Shown here piece after piece: positions 45,526-55,087 of a stretch of DNA of 64,000 nt (the stretch's first letter is position 1; every line of letters starts with the position of its first letter). The notes beneath the pieces are model-generated. The model was given only the letters and a program-made list of their open reading frames with translations. It did no database searches and was not told where the DNA came from. The position numbers were made by a program, and so were the translations under genes. The stretch comes from Clostridia bacterium (GTDB taxonomy: Bacteria; Bacillota; Clostridia; Christensenellales; Aristaeellaceae). The DNA is taken from contig JAFUXH010000100.1 in NCBI GenBank assembly GCA_017470945.1, forward strand, positions 1,084 through 65,083, written 5' to 3'.

Positions 45526-47022
45526 ATGGCCTGCGTCACACTGCCGGGCATTTTCCGGGATGGCATGGTATTGCAGCGGCAAAAGCCCATCTGCGTTTGG
45601 GGGGAGGCCGAGGGGGCGGATACGGTTCGCGTTTCCCTGGCGCAAAGCAGCGCCGTGGCGGAGGTGATCGACGGACGCTGGCGGGCGTACCTGCCCCCCA
45701 TGCAGGCGGCCACGGGCCTGACGATGACCGTTTGCGCCCAGGGGGAAGCGGTGACGCTGAACGACGTGGCGGTGGGCGAGGTGTGGCTGGCCGGCGGGCA
45801 AAGCAACATGGAATTCCAGCTGCGCTTCGACGCGGAGCACGAAACGGCCTGCCGGGTCCGGAACCCCGATATCCGCTGCTTCGAGGTGCCCAAGCGCGCC
45901 TTTGCGGGCCAGGAGAAGGAAAGGGACCTGCACTATGCCGGCATCTGGCGGAAGGCCGGGCCGGGGGATTCGGAATATTTCACGGCGGTGGGCTTCTATT
46001 TCGCCTGCCGGCTGTGGGATACGCTCCGCGTGCCGGTGGGCGTCATCAACTGCACCTGGGGCGGCACGTCGGCCTCCGCCTGGGTGGATGAAAGCTGCCT
46101 GACCGGCGAGCTTGCGTTCTTTCTGGACCGGGCGAAGGAAGCCCGGGCGCAAATCGACCCCCAAACGGAGCGGGAGGAATACCGGAAGATCCAGCAGTCC
46201 GTCGACGCCATGCCCCCCATGATGGGCGTGATCAACGATCAGCCCATTTTCCCGGACGAGGGCATGAAAGCCACCATGGCCCACATGGATCGCTACAACC
46301 TGTGCGCTTATTCTCCCTTCCGGCCCAGCGGGCTGTATCACGCCATGCTGCAAACCATCGTGCCCTACACCCTGCGGGGGGTCATTTGGTACCAGGGGGA
46401 ATCGGATGAATATTTTGGCTCGCGGTTTGAGCCCCTCACCCGGGCGCTGATCCAAAATTGGCGCGCCTTGTGGCAGGAGGAGCTGCCCTTCCTGATGGTG
46501 CAGCTGGCCGCCTTTGAATACATGGTGGAGCCGCTGGATTTCGTGCCCATGCGCCGCATGCAGCATAAGATCGCCGGGGATACGCCCCACGTGCATTTGA
46601 TTTGCGCCATGGATGTGGGCCTGCGCTACGACATCCATCCCAAGGAAAAGCGGCCGGTGGGGGATCGGCTGGCCCTGCAGGCCCTGCACCACGTGTACGG
46701 CCTGGCCCTGATGTCGGATTCGCCGTCCCTCTATGCGGCGCGTCGGAAGGGGAACACCATTGCGATCACCTTCCGGGACGGCGACGGCCTGTGGGTGAAG
46801 GGGGACGCCCCTGGGCGGATCGACCTGACCGTTGACGGGCAGGATACGGCGGAATTCACCGCCTGCGTGAAGGACGATCAGCTGCTCCTCACTTCGGATC
46901 TGTTCGCCGGCGCCGGCAGCGTCACGGTGCGCTTCGCCTGGCGGCCCTTCTGCGATGACAACGTATACAACCGGGCCGGGCTGCCCGTGTTGCCCTTTGA
47001 AGTAACTGTAACGGAAGAATAG
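45526..47022 (+). CDS. sialate-O-acetylesterase-like (SASA/DUF303) carbohydrate esterase
   Basis: FRDGMVLQR and WLAGGQSNM motifs. 498 aa. Confidence 0.85.
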   Translation: MACVTLPGIFRDGMVLQRQKPICVWGEAEGADTVRVSLAQSSAVAEVIDGRWRAYLPPMQAATGLTMTVCAQGEAVTLNDVAVGEVWLAGGQSNMEFQLRFDAEHETACRVRNPDIRCFEVPKRAFAGQEKERDLHYAGIWRKAGPGDSEYFTAVGFYFACRLWDTLRVPVGVINCTWGGTSASAWVDESCLTGELAFFLDRAKEARAQIDPQTEREEYRKIQQSVDAMPPMMGVINDQPIFPDEGMKATMAHMDRYNLCAYSPFRPSGLYHAMLQTIVPYTLRGVIWYQGESDEYFGSRFEPLTRALIQNWRALWQEELPFLMVQLAAFEYMVEPLDFVPMRRMQHKIAGDTPHVHLICAMDVGLRYDIHPKEKRPVGDRLALQALHHVYGLALMSDSPSLYAARRKGNTIAITFRDGDGLWVKGDAPGRIDLTVDGQDTAEFTACVKDDQLLLTSDLFAGAGSVTVRFAWRPFCDDNVYNRAGLPVLPFEVTVTEE

Positions 47023-47032
47023 GAGGATCAAA

Positions 47033-48094
47033 ATGATGACGGTACATGCTTTGACCGGCGCGGGCTTTCACGGCTGGTGCGCCTTTTCCTTCGACGTGCT
47101 GGGCGAATGCGCGGCGCTTTCCCCGGAGCAATGGGAAATCACCGTGCATACGCCCAAGGGGGATGAAAAGAAACGGGTGCTGCGAACGGAGCAGATCCCC
47201 GGCGGCGTGCGGCTGATCCCGGAAAATTTCCCCTTCGGGCAGGATTTTTCCGTGCGCGGCGGCGATTGCCATTTCACGAAGGCGGATATCAGCCGGGTGC
47301 GCGTGGATGGCGACGAATTGTTCGACCGGAAGCGGGAGGGCGACGTGATCTACCGCCTGCACAGCCCGAAGGCCGGGGGCAAGCGGCCGCTGCTTTTGTT
47401 CCTGCACGGCGGCGGTGAATGCGGCTGGGACAATGAAAAGCAATTGGTGGGCACCCCCGGGGCGGTGCTGCTGGCCCGGAAGTACCCCGATCTGTACGTG
47501 ATGGCGCCCCAGGCCCCGGGGGATATTACCAAAATGCTGCCCGACCCGGAAAAAACGGTGTTCAAAAATACGTTCCATTCCTTCCGGCAGATGGAGGGCA
47601 CCGGCTGGCACAGGGAATACCTGGCCGGGGTGTGCGGGGTGATCCGGCGTATGATCGCCGAGGGCCTGGTGGATGAAAAGCGGGTGTATGTCACCGGCCT
47701 GTCGATGGGCGGCGGCGGCGCGCTGCGGGCCCTGTCGGTCGGCGCGGGGCTGTTCGCGGCGGCGGTGGCCATTTGCCCCACCATGATGCCCGAAACCTTC
47801 GCCATCCTGAAAACCATCCCGCCTCAAACCGGCATTTGGGTGGCCGCCGCTTACGCCGATTTCACCCTGTACCGGCACAAATACATCGTGGATGGCATCC
47901 TGGCACTGAAGGATGCGGGCCATCCCAACGCCCATTTGACGCTGTTTTCCCCCGAGGAAATGGAAAAATACGGCTATGCCGATCCCGATATGCCCCTGGA
48001 GCAGAAGCTGCTGGACAACCATAATTCCTGGACGTTGGTATACCACGGCGAGTACGGCATCATCGATTGGCTGGTCAATCAATACCGGGCATAA
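47033..48094 (+). CDS. alpha/beta hydrolase (phospholipase/carboxylesterase or dienelactone-hydrolase-like)
   Basis: LFLHGGGE, GLSMGGGGA elbow. Confidence 0.75.
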   Translation: MMTVHALTGAGFHGWCAFSFDVLGECAALSPEQWEITVHTPKGDEKKRVLRTEQIPGGVRLIPENFPFGQDFSVRGGDCHFTKADISRVRVDGDELFDRKREGDVIYRLHSPKAGGKRPLLLFLHGGGECGWDNEKQLVGTPGAVLLARKYPDLYVMAPQAPGDITKMLPDPEKTVFKNTFHSFRQMEGTGWHREYLAGVCGVIRRMIAEGLVDEKRVYVTGLSMGGGGALRALSVGAGLFAAAVAICPTMMPETFAILKTIPPQTGIWVAAAYADFTLYRHKYIVDGILALKDAGHPNAHLTLFSPEEMEKYGYADPDMPLEQKLLDNHNSWTLVYHGEYGIIDWLVNQYRA

Positions 48095-48109
48095 AAAGGA
48101 GGAAAGCGC

Positions 48110-48922
48110 ATGTCGCTGCTGAGAATCAATTTTGAAAGCCAATACCTGGCCAATAATCACGAGGTGTACGTGATCCTGCCCGATAAGCCCCGGGATCAGA
48201 CCCCGGCGCAGTTTTACCGCTCCGGAAAAAAATACAAGGTGCTGTGGCTGCTCCATGGCACCTACGGGGATCAAAGCGATTGGGTGCGGAAAACCAACAT
48301 CGAATTGTACGCCGAGGAAAAGGACCTGGTGGTGGTGATGCCCCCGGCATTGAATTCCAATTACTCCAATTGGAACGATACCATGCTGGGCTTCAAAATG
48401 TTCGATTACCTGACGGAGGAATTGATGCCCTTCATCTACGGCTGGCTGCCGGTATCCGACAGACGGGAGAATAATTTCATCGCCGGTTTGTCGATGGGCG
48501 GAAGGGGAACCATCAAATACGCCGTCAACCACCCGGATCGGTTCGCCGCGGCGGCGGTGCTGTCGGCCGCGCCGATGGATTTTGACGAATTGAAGCCCGG
48601 CCATCCCTGCCCCCTGCTGAACACCGAGGATCCCCGGATGCGCGCCACGCTGCGCAACGCCGGGGGCGTGGAGGCATTCAAGGCGTCCAATGAAAACGTG
48701 TGGGCCATTATCGACCGCCTGGCCCCCACCGGCAAATTGCCCCGGCTCATGTTCGCCTGCGGGGAGCAGGATCAATTGCTGTATCCCTTCTATCTGGCCT
48801 TCCAGCGGCATTGCCGGGAAATCGGCCTGGAGGCCCATTGGTATTCCCTGCCGGGATACAAGCACGAATGGCGCTTCTGGGATCTGGGCATTCAGGAGGC
48901 GCTGCGCTTCTTCGGGCTGTGA
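48110..48922 (+). CDS. esterase-D/'putative esterase' family alpha/beta hydrolase
   Basis: WLLHGTYGD, GLSMGGRG. Confidence 0.85.
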   Translation: MSLLRINFESQYLANNHEVYVILPDKPRDQTPAQFYRSGKKYKVLWLLHGTYGDQSDWVRKTNIELYAEEKDLVVVMPPALNSNYSNWNDTMLGFKMFDYLTEELMPFIYGWLPVSDRRENNFIAGLSMGGRGTIKYAVNHPDRFAAAAVLSAAPMDFDELKPGHPCPLLNTEDPRMRATLRNAGGVEAFKASNENVWAIIDRLAPTGKLPRLMFACGEQDQLLYPFYLAFQRHCREIGLEAHWYSLPGYKHEWRFWDLGIQEALRFFGL

Positions 48923-48949
48923 TTGAGCGACAAGCAAAGGAGGATCCCC

Positions 48950-49819
48950 ATGAAAGAATACAGCTATCACGACGTCAATTTGCGGGGCACTATTGAACGG
49001 GTGACCTACCGCACCACCAACCGGCAGGGGGAGGAGCGGAACAAATACTGCCTGGTGTACCTGCCCAAAGGGTATGACGAAAAGGACTGCGAAAAGAAAT
49101 ACAACATCCTGTATCTGATCCATGGCGGCGGCGGCAGCCCCGACGCCTGGCTGGATTGCTGTCAGGTGAAAAACATGCTGGACTTCTGCATCGACGCCGG
49201 GGAGATTGAGCCGCTGATCGTGGTGTTCCCCACCTTCTACAAGGAGCGGATCGCCCGGCTGGGCCCGCCGGTGGCGGAGGAGGAAAGGAGCCACGTGCTT
49301 TTCTTCCAGAAAGAGCTGGCGGAGGAACTGCTGCCCGCCATAGAGGGCCGGTATCATACCTATGCCCGGAACGGATCGCAGGAGGCGCTGCGCGCCTCCC
49401 GGCAGCACCGGGCCATCGGCGGCTTCTCCATGGGCGGGGCCACCACCTGGTTCGCGTTCACGCACCACCTGGATTTGTTTGCCCGCTTTGCCCCGCTCAG
49501 CGGCGACTGCTGGGAGGTGGAGGCCAAGGGCGGCGGCGCCCGTCCCCGGGAAACCGCCGCGGCCCTGCGGGACGCCGTGGCGCAATTTGGCTATACCCCC
49601 GACGACTTCCGCATCTTCTGCGCCACCGGGGCCCAGGATATCGCCTGCGCGCCGCTGAGTGCCCAGATCGACGCTATGAAGCAGCTGCCCGATACCTTCC
49701 GCTTCCAGGAGGATCTCACCCAGGGCAACGCCCACTATTTCGTGGCGGAGGGTAAGGTGCACTGCTACGAGCACGTTTATCAATACCTGTATAACATCCT
49801 GCCGTACCTGTTCCTGTGA
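48950..49819 (+). CDS. 'putative esterase' family alpha/beta hydrolase
   Basis: MKEYSYHD behind AAGGAGGA. YLIHGGGGS, GFSMGGAT. Confidence 0.82.
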   Translation: MKEYSYHDVNLRGTIERVTYRTTNRQGEERNKYCLVYLPKGYDEKDCEKKYNILYLIHGGGGSPDAWLDCCQVKNMLDFCIDAGEIEPLIVVFPTFYKERIARLGPPVAEEERSHVLFFQKELAEELLPAIEGRYHTYARNGSQEALRASRQHRAIGGFSMGGATTWFAFTHHLDLFARFAPLSGDCWEVEAKGGGARPRETAAALRDAVAQFGYTPDDFRIFCATGAQDIACAPLSAQIDAMKQLPDTFRFQEDLTQGNAHYFVAEGKVHCYEHVYQYLYNILPYLFL

Positions 49820-49845
49820 ACGAAGACGACGATCACTCGGGACAA

Positions 49846-49883
49846 CAAAAAATGCAGCATTCGAGGGCGAGTGCTGCATTTTG
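49846..49883. terminator. bidirectional intrinsic terminator
   Basis: Stem aatgcagca/tgctgcatt flanked by A6 and T-run. Confidence 0.65.
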
Positions 49884-49923
49884 CTGCATAGGGGCGTTCT
49901 TCCCACTTTGCGGGAGGCGCCTG

Positions 49924-50991
49924 TCAATCGATTTCGATCACACCGGGGTAATAGGTCATGATGTCGGTATCCATATTCAGGAAGGTGGATTGTGCTTCCT
50001 GGGGCGGCTGGTATTCCTGGCCCTCCACGGCGATTTTGACCTGCTTCACTCCCGGGAACTGAGCGGCGGTGAACAGGATGGCCCGCAGGGACTGCACCCC
50101 GTTTTCCCCCTGGGCGGCGTCCATGAATTCCTTGGTGAAATTGATGGTCACCACCCCGTCCTTCATGTTCACGCCGATGAGGCCGCAGTCGTTGGGCAAA
50201 GGGGCGGTCAGGCCGCTGTCCGCCTTGGGGCCTTTCACCAGCTCCAGGATGGCGGTGGTCACGTCGGCATCGGAAAACACGGTGCGGGTGACGGGCACCA
50301 GCATCCGGCCGCTGGCGGAGGGGAAATACAATTGCACCGTGGCGCTGCCGGCGTCCGCCATGGTTTCCACGCTTTCCAGGTTCAGGTTGGCCCCGGTGAA
50401 CACGCCGCTGACGTCGGTGCCGTAGGTCAATTTGCTGCGCTTCTGGCCGTCAAACAGGAAGGATACCTCGTCCACCGAATCGAATTCGCACAGGGTTTGG
50501 GCCACGGAGGCCACCATCAAATACTCCTGCTCGGCGTTTGAGCAGTTCAGCGCTTCCTTGGATAGATCCACCCGCGCCTTCTGGCCGGCAATATCCAGGT
50601 CGATGGCGGTGCCCTCCGGCACGGTGGTTTTTAATCCCAGGCGGGCGGCGGCCAGGTCGTTGGCGCTGGATGACACCATCAGCGCCAGGGTGGCCTTGGC
50701 GATGCCGTCGGTTTTATCCACTTGCCGGGTCACCGGCACCAGATAGCCCTCCCCGTCCTGATAATACACCACGGTAGCCTGCGTTTCCGCCGGGGTGAGG
50801 GCCGGGGCCTCGGCGACGGTGACGGGGATGTTGACCGGCGGGCTTTCATAGCTGCTTTTCACGATCTCATCCTGCTTCAGCGCCAGCGCCACCACCAGCG
50901 CCGATGCGCACAGGATCAGCATCCGTTCCACGTCTACCCGGGTGATATGCCGCTTGGCGGCGCTTTCCTTCGCGGTTTTTTCCTTTATCAT
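49924..50991 (-). CDS. membrane-anchored protein with two GerMN domains
   Basis: N-terminal transmembrane segment. Repeated VVYYQDGEGYLVPVTR / VQLYFPSASGRMLVPVTR modules. Confidence 0.75.
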   Translation of the reverse strand: MIKEKTAKESAAKRHITRVDVERMLILCASALVVALALKQDEIVKSSYESPPVNIPVTVAEAPALTPAETQATVVYYQDGEGYLVPVTRQVDKTDGIAKATLALMVSSSANDLAAARLGLKTTVPEGTAIDLDIAGQKARVDLSKEALNCSNAEQEYLMVASVAQTLCEFDSVDEVSFLFDGQKRSKLTYGTDVSGVFTGANLNLESVETMADAGSATVQLYFPSASGRMLVPVTRTVFSDADVTTAILELVKGPKADSGLTAPLPNDCGLIGVNMKDGVVTINFTKEFMDAAQGENGVQSLRAILFTAAQFPGVKQVKIAVEGQEYQPPQEAQSTFLNMDTDIMTYYPGVIEID

Positions 50992-51107
50992 GCACGCACA
51001 CACTCCTTCGCAATGTCCTCGGCCCTATCGTATGTGGCGGCGGGAACGGATATGCCAGTTGTGCGGCGGGCGGATCTATGGTATGATGGGGCAAAGAAGG
51101 TGATGGC

Positions 51108-51983
51108 GTGATTTATCTCAGCCGGTTTGTTTTTCCCGACGCGGATCGGGAATTTGATTTCCGTTTGGCGGAAAAAAGGCGGTGCTACGATACTTATTAT
51201 CCGTTCCACGTGCTGTCGGCCCGGGGATTGGGGGAGATCGAGCCCGACTACATCACCATCCTGTACGGCGGCAACGGCAGCGGCAAAACCACGGCGCTGA
51301 ACGTGGTGGGGGAGAAGCTGGGGCTGAAGCGGGACGCGCCGTACAACCGATCCAACTTTTTTGAGGATTACACCGCCCTGTGCAGCTATGAGATCCGCCG
51401 GCCCATTCCCCGGGGCAGCCGGATCATCACATCGGACGACGTGTTTGACTTCATGCTGAATCTGCGGGCGCTGAACGAGGGCATCGACCTGCACCGGGAG
51501 GAGCTGTTTCAGGAGTATATCGACAATAAAAGCGGCGAATTCCATTTGCGCTCCATGGCGGATTACGAGCAGCTCAAGCAGGTCAACCTGGCCCGAAAAA
51601 CCACCCAGTCCCGCTACGTGCGCCGCCGCATGCCGCCCAACGCCCGGGAGCATTCCAACGGCGAAAGCGCCTACGATTATTTCACCCAGAATATCGGCGA
51701 AAACCAGCTGTATCTGCTGGACGAGCCGGAAAACAGCCTGTCGCCCCAGCGGCAAATGGAATTGGCCCAATTCATCGAGGAATCGGTGCGGTTTTTCGGC
51801 TGTCAATTCCTGATCGCCACCCATTCGCCCTTCCTGCTGGCGATGAAGGATGCTCGGGTGTACGACCTGGACGCCGACCCCGCCCGCGTCCGGAAATGGA
51901 CGGAGCTGAGCAGCGTGCGGGCGTATTATGATTTTTTCCGGCGGCATCGAGCCGCCTTTGAAACGGACGAAGGATCCCTTTGA
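51108..51983 (+). CDS. stand-alone ABC-fold AAA ATPase
   Basis: Walker A GGNGSGKTT, Walker B LYLLDEPENSLSP, H-loop ATHSPF. GTG start. Confidence 0.8.
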   Translation: MIYLSRFVFPDADREFDFRLAEKRRCYDTYYPFHVLSARGLGEIEPDYITILYGGNGSGKTTALNVVGEKLGLKRDAPYNRSNFFEDYTALCSYEIRRPIPRGSRIITSDDVFDFMLNLRALNEGIDLHREELFQEYIDNKSGEFHLRSMADYEQLKQVNLARKTTQSRYVRRRMPPNAREHSNGESAYDYFTQNIGENQLYLLDEPENSLSPQRQMELAQFIEESVRFFGCQFLIATHSPFLLAMKDARVYDLDADPARVRKWTELSSVRAYYDFFRRHRAAFETDEGSL

Positions 51984-52028
51984 CGGATGCCGCATCCCAT
52001 ATAAACGAAGTCAAAAAGCGGCGGCCTG

Positions 52029-53120
52029 TCAGCGGAAGGCGTTCATGACGCGGCTCAGATCCTCGCAGATCCGCATGACGGTCTGATCGGCCTGGCGCAG
52101 GTGCTGGGCGTCCTGGCCCAGGGCGGCACGGCAGGCCTGCAGCTCGGCGCTCATTGCCCCGGTGGTCAATTGATCCACGGTGCGCTTCAGGGCGTCGTAA
52201 TCCTGGGGCGTCAGATCGGTGCGGGTGGGCACCTTATGCAAGGTCAGCACATCCTTGGCCTGCTGCAGCATGGCATCGGCGCCGGCCAGATGGTGGTTCA
52301 GCTGCTCCCGCAATTCGGGGGTGGGGTCCGGCTGCTGGGTTTGCGCGGCCGTTTGTTTGTGCTGCTCGGGGGGCGGCGTTGGGGTGGCTTTTTTCTCGGG
52401 CGGGGGTGTTTGCGCGGTTTTTTGTTCCGGTGCGCGTGTCGTCGGCCCCGCCTGCTTCCTGAATCGGCGCAGATAGCGGTTGATCGCGGCAAACTCATCC
52501 TTCTTCAAATATCCCCGCTGGGAGGCGATTTTGGTTTTTCCCAGCCTGCCTGAGCCGTGGATGCGGTAATAGCTGAAGCCCAGCAGGCAGGACGTGATAT
52601 CGGTGAAGCGCTCGGTTTGATAGGAATCGGGGAAGAACAGGCCGTTCCGGTACAGGAAGCAATGGGTGCATTCGTGGCACAGCACGGATGTCAGCGTATC
52701 CGGCGTATCTTTTTTATAAAAATTGATGGTGATCAGCTTGTTGTTGTGATCGTAGGTGCCCCCGGCGTCCCCGACCTTCCTTTGCTGCACGCAAACCACC
52801 CGCAGCTTCATGTCGGGCGTCAGCTTCAGCCAGCGCAGGATATCATTCATCATGGCCGTCATTTTCTGCTCCAGCTTTTGCTGGGTCTTCAAATCGTCGC
52901 CAGTCAGGATGTTCTTGAAGCCGAAATCATACCGCAAATAATAATCCAGGCCCTTCTGCTCCAGGCGCTTTTGGATGCTCTTTGCATCCTCCACCACTTT
53001 GCCTGTGTGCGGCGGATCGTACGCCCAGTGAAAGAACACGCGGAACCAGTAAACCACGAAATAGACCAGGTAAACCAGGGCCATGACCGCGACGATATTC
53101 AAGATCGAGTTGATGTTCAC
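52029..53120 (-). CDS. membrane-anchored putative zinc metallopeptidase (HExxH) with Pro-rich linker and helical C-domain
   Basis: GTG start behind AAGGAGGA. Transmembrane helix ILNIVAVMALVYLVYFVVYWF. LCHECTHCF motif. PEQKTAQTPPPEKKATPTPPPEQ linker. Confidence 0.6.
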   Translation of the reverse strand: MNINSILNIVAVMALVYLVYFVVYWFRVFFHWAYDPPHTGKVVEDAKSIQKRLEQKGLDYYLRYDFGFKNILTGDDLKTQQKLEQKMTAMMNDILRWLKLTPDMKLRVVCVQQRKVGDAGGTYDHNNKLITINFYKKDTPDTLTSVLCHECTHCFLYRNGLFFPDSYQTERFTDITSCLLGFSYYRIHGSGRLGKTKIASQRGYLKKDEFAAINRYLRRFRKQAGPTTRAPEQKTAQTPPPEKKATPTPPPEQHKQTAAQTQQPDPTPELREQLNHHLAGADAMLQQAKDVLTLHKVPTRTDLTPQDYDALKRTVDQLTTGAMSAELQACRAALGQDAQHLRQADQTVMRICEDLSRVMNAFR

Positions 53121-53281
53121 GTGCCTGTCCTCCTTTGGTATCCCCTCTGTGCAATCATTTTTCGACAAGCCCCTCCCATTTTCCTGCCCGAAAAAAAGCC
53201 CCCTTCTCGATCGTTTTCGATCAGGAAGGGGACGATTGCTTTTCAGCCGCGGCATTTCCAGCCTTGAGGAGACAAAGGATT

Positions 53282-53914
53282 TCATTTCCCTTTTTTCTCA
53301 ATTCCCATGGGCACCCACGTGACCACGGGCACGTCCTCCTTGCTCTGGTAGCCGTATTCGGCCAGGGCGTCCTCCGGGTTATCCGCAAGCAGCATCTCGA
53401 AAACAATGCAGGGCTTTCCGTTATAATTACGATACCCTACGGTCACCTTCATCAGCTGATCATCCAGCGTTACCAGGTAATCTCGCGCGTCCCTATAATC
53501 CTTTGACGGCGGAATCGGCGCGCTGCCGAAGTGTTCTTCCAACCATTGGGCGATGGGCTCGAAGGCCGCTTTTGCTTCTTTGCCGGAAGCATAATAGGTC
53601 CTATAGTGGCTGCCGCAGATCGGCTGGGGGTCGTCGTCGCGATAAATGATATAGAAGCTCGCGCTTTCATCGCCCTCATACGTAAAATCTACTTTGTTGG
53701 TATAAAACGTAAAGCCATTAATTGGCGCCCGCGGCCAAATGGGGCCGTTTTTGTGCCACCCAGCGTCCTTGGCCATTTTTTGCACTTTTTTCAAGGTAGT
53801 ATTCAGCGCCACGTAGTACCCGGGGAAATGCTCTTCCGTGATTTCCGCGGCCAGGGCCTGCGAAGCGACGGCCGATAAAACCAAAATAAGGAACAAAGCC
53901 AACAATCGTTTCAT
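53282..53914 (-). CDS. secreted protein of unknown function
   Basis: Signal peptide MKRLLALFLILVLSAVASQALA. 210 aa. Confidence 0.6.
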   Translation of the reverse strand: MKRLLALFLILVLSAVASQALAAEITEEHFPGYYVALNTTLKKVQKMAKDAGWHKNGPIWPRAPINGFTFYTNKVDFTYEGDESASFYIIYRDDDPQPICGSHYRTYYASGKEAKAAFEPIAQWLEEHFGSAPIPPSKDYRDARDYLVTLDDQLMKVTVGYRNYNGKPCIVFEMLLADNPEDALAEYGYQSKEDVPVVTWVPMGIEKKGK

Positions 53915-53960
53915 GGATACGCTCCTATCAGTTGATCTCTTTTTTTCATACGTGCGAATG

Positions 53961-54002
53961 AAAAACAAGCCCGTTTTGTGAGCGCACAAAACGGGCCGTT
54001 TT
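53961..54002 (-). terminator. intrinsic terminator following the orphan gap 3' fragment (probable native gap terminator)
   Basis: 12-bp stem gcccgttttgtg/cacaaaacgggc. The A5 on the plus strand gives a T-run on the minus strand. Confidence 0.7.
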
Positions 54003-54010
54003 CCATAGGA

Positions 54011-54118
54011 TTACTTCAGCTCCGCGAAGTACTTGATGGTGCGAACCATCTGAGAGGTGTAGGAATTTTCGTTGTCGTACCAGCTCACGACCTGCACCTG
54101 GGCGGTGTCGTCGTCGAT
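54011..54118 (-). pseudogene. gap: displaced 3'-terminal fragment of gap (last 35 codons plus stop)
   Basis: Translates to IDDDTAQVQVVSWYDNENSYTSQMVRTIKYFAELK*. No upstream continuation; the sequence diverges at 54119. Confidence 0.85.
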
Positions 54119-54346
54119 AAACCGTTGCTGCGCAACGGTTTTAGGGGTGCCGCTGCCCGTCTTTGCGTAGGCTTGTTTACTTGTCAAATCACGATATTGC
54201 CTATCGTACCTTCGGCCAACTGGCCTATTGGACTACGTTGGAAGTGTATCATACCATTTTCGGCCCGTCAAGCGAAAAAGAAAGATCGTAAACGAAAGGC
54301 CCGTAAAAGTTGAAAAGGAAAGAGCGTTGTTCCGATGACAAGCAAA

Positions 54347-54381
54347 ATCCCCGCCGTCCGATGAAGGGCGGCGGGGATCAT
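54347..54381. repeat. 35-nt GC hairpin, copy 1 (atccccgccgtccgatgaagggcggcggggatcat)
   Basis: 33/35 identical to 55088-55122. On the minus strand it is followed by a T-run and can serve as the terminator of the toxin-antitoxin pair. Confidence 0.7.
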
Positions 54382-54392
54382 GTTTAGCGGGT

Positions 54393-54728
54393 TCATTCCG
54401 AAAGCAGCTTCATAATCTGCTTTTCAAAAGCGGGCAAATCCTGTGTGCAGGTGCTGTAAACGTCCTCTTTGCGCAGCGTTTGATATTTGTGCGCGGTCAC
54501 GTCCCGCATACCGGCGATGGCCCGCCAGGGGATTTCTTTGTGTGCGTCCTTCAAATCCTGTGTGATATTCTTCACTAACTCGCCAATATTGATCAGCGTC
54601 ATGCTGACCGCCCGGGCCGTGCGTTCATCCGTCAAAAACTGTTCCAGAGAAACGCCGTCCAAGAGTTCCCGAGCCAAAGCGATTTCCGACAGGATTTTGT
54701 TGCAGACTTGCGTGTCTCTTCCATTCAT
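54393..54728 (-). CDS. hepT: HepT-like HEPN (DUF86) toxin
   Basis: 111 aa. R-x4-H motif in AGMRDVTAHKY. 4-nt overlap with the upstream nucleotidyltransferase gene. Confidence 0.85.
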   Translation of the reverse strand: MNGRDTQVCNKILSEIALARELLDGVSLEQFLTDERTARAVSMTLINIGELVKNITQDLKDAHKEIPWRAIAGMRDVTAHKYQTLRKEDVYSTCTQDLPAFEKQIMKLLSE

Positions 54729-55006
54729 AGCACCCGCACGACCTTTCCAACCGTGATCATGCTGCCCTCGGGCAAGGGAGCGTGAATCACATCCACAGGC
54801 AGGCCCAGCGCATCTTCCAGATCGTATTTCAAGGCGTTCAGCTTCACCAGCGAAACGGCGGGAGAATCAAATTCCACCAGCAAATCCAAATCGCTTTCGC
54901 TGGTAGCCCGGCCATCGGCAAACGATCCGAAAATGCTGACCTTGCGCAGCGCATAGGCATTTTTCATTCCGTACAACGTATCGCGGATGATGTCAACCGT
55001 AGGCAT
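54725..55006 (-). CDS. mntA: MntA-like minimal nucleotidyltransferase antitoxin
   Basis: 93 aa from MPTVDIIRD. GSFADGRATSESDLDLLVEF motif. Confidence 0.85.
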   Translation of the reverse strand: MPTVDIIRDTLYGMKNAYALRKVSIFGSFADGRATSESDLDLLVEFDSPAVSLVKLNALKYDLEDALGLPVDVIHAPLPEGSMITVGKVVRVL

Positions 55007-55087
55007 TTTTCTTCCCCCTTTCCCGTTTTTATTATAGCCGATTCCTGCTGAAAATTCAACGCATATTTTGTTTTGAACGATGATACG

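Noticed and set aside
46922-49927. Very long antisense ORFs in the track. Examples: 1001 aa at 46922..49927(-), 595 aa at 15270..17057(-), 620 aa at 39836..41698(-), 404 aa at 3178..4392(-), 423 aa at 8525..9796(+), 567 aa at 44190..45893(-).
   Set aside because: Each lies opposite a gene with clear family motifs. Their translations are Gly/Ala/Arg/His/Pro-rich low-complexity strings with no recognisable domains. This is the expected stop-codon-poor shadow of GC-rich coding DNA.
53978-54313. 111-aa plus-strand ORF across the att region.
   Set aside because: It runs antisense through the orphan gap fragment and the att core into non-coding DNA. It has no RBS and its translation has no features.
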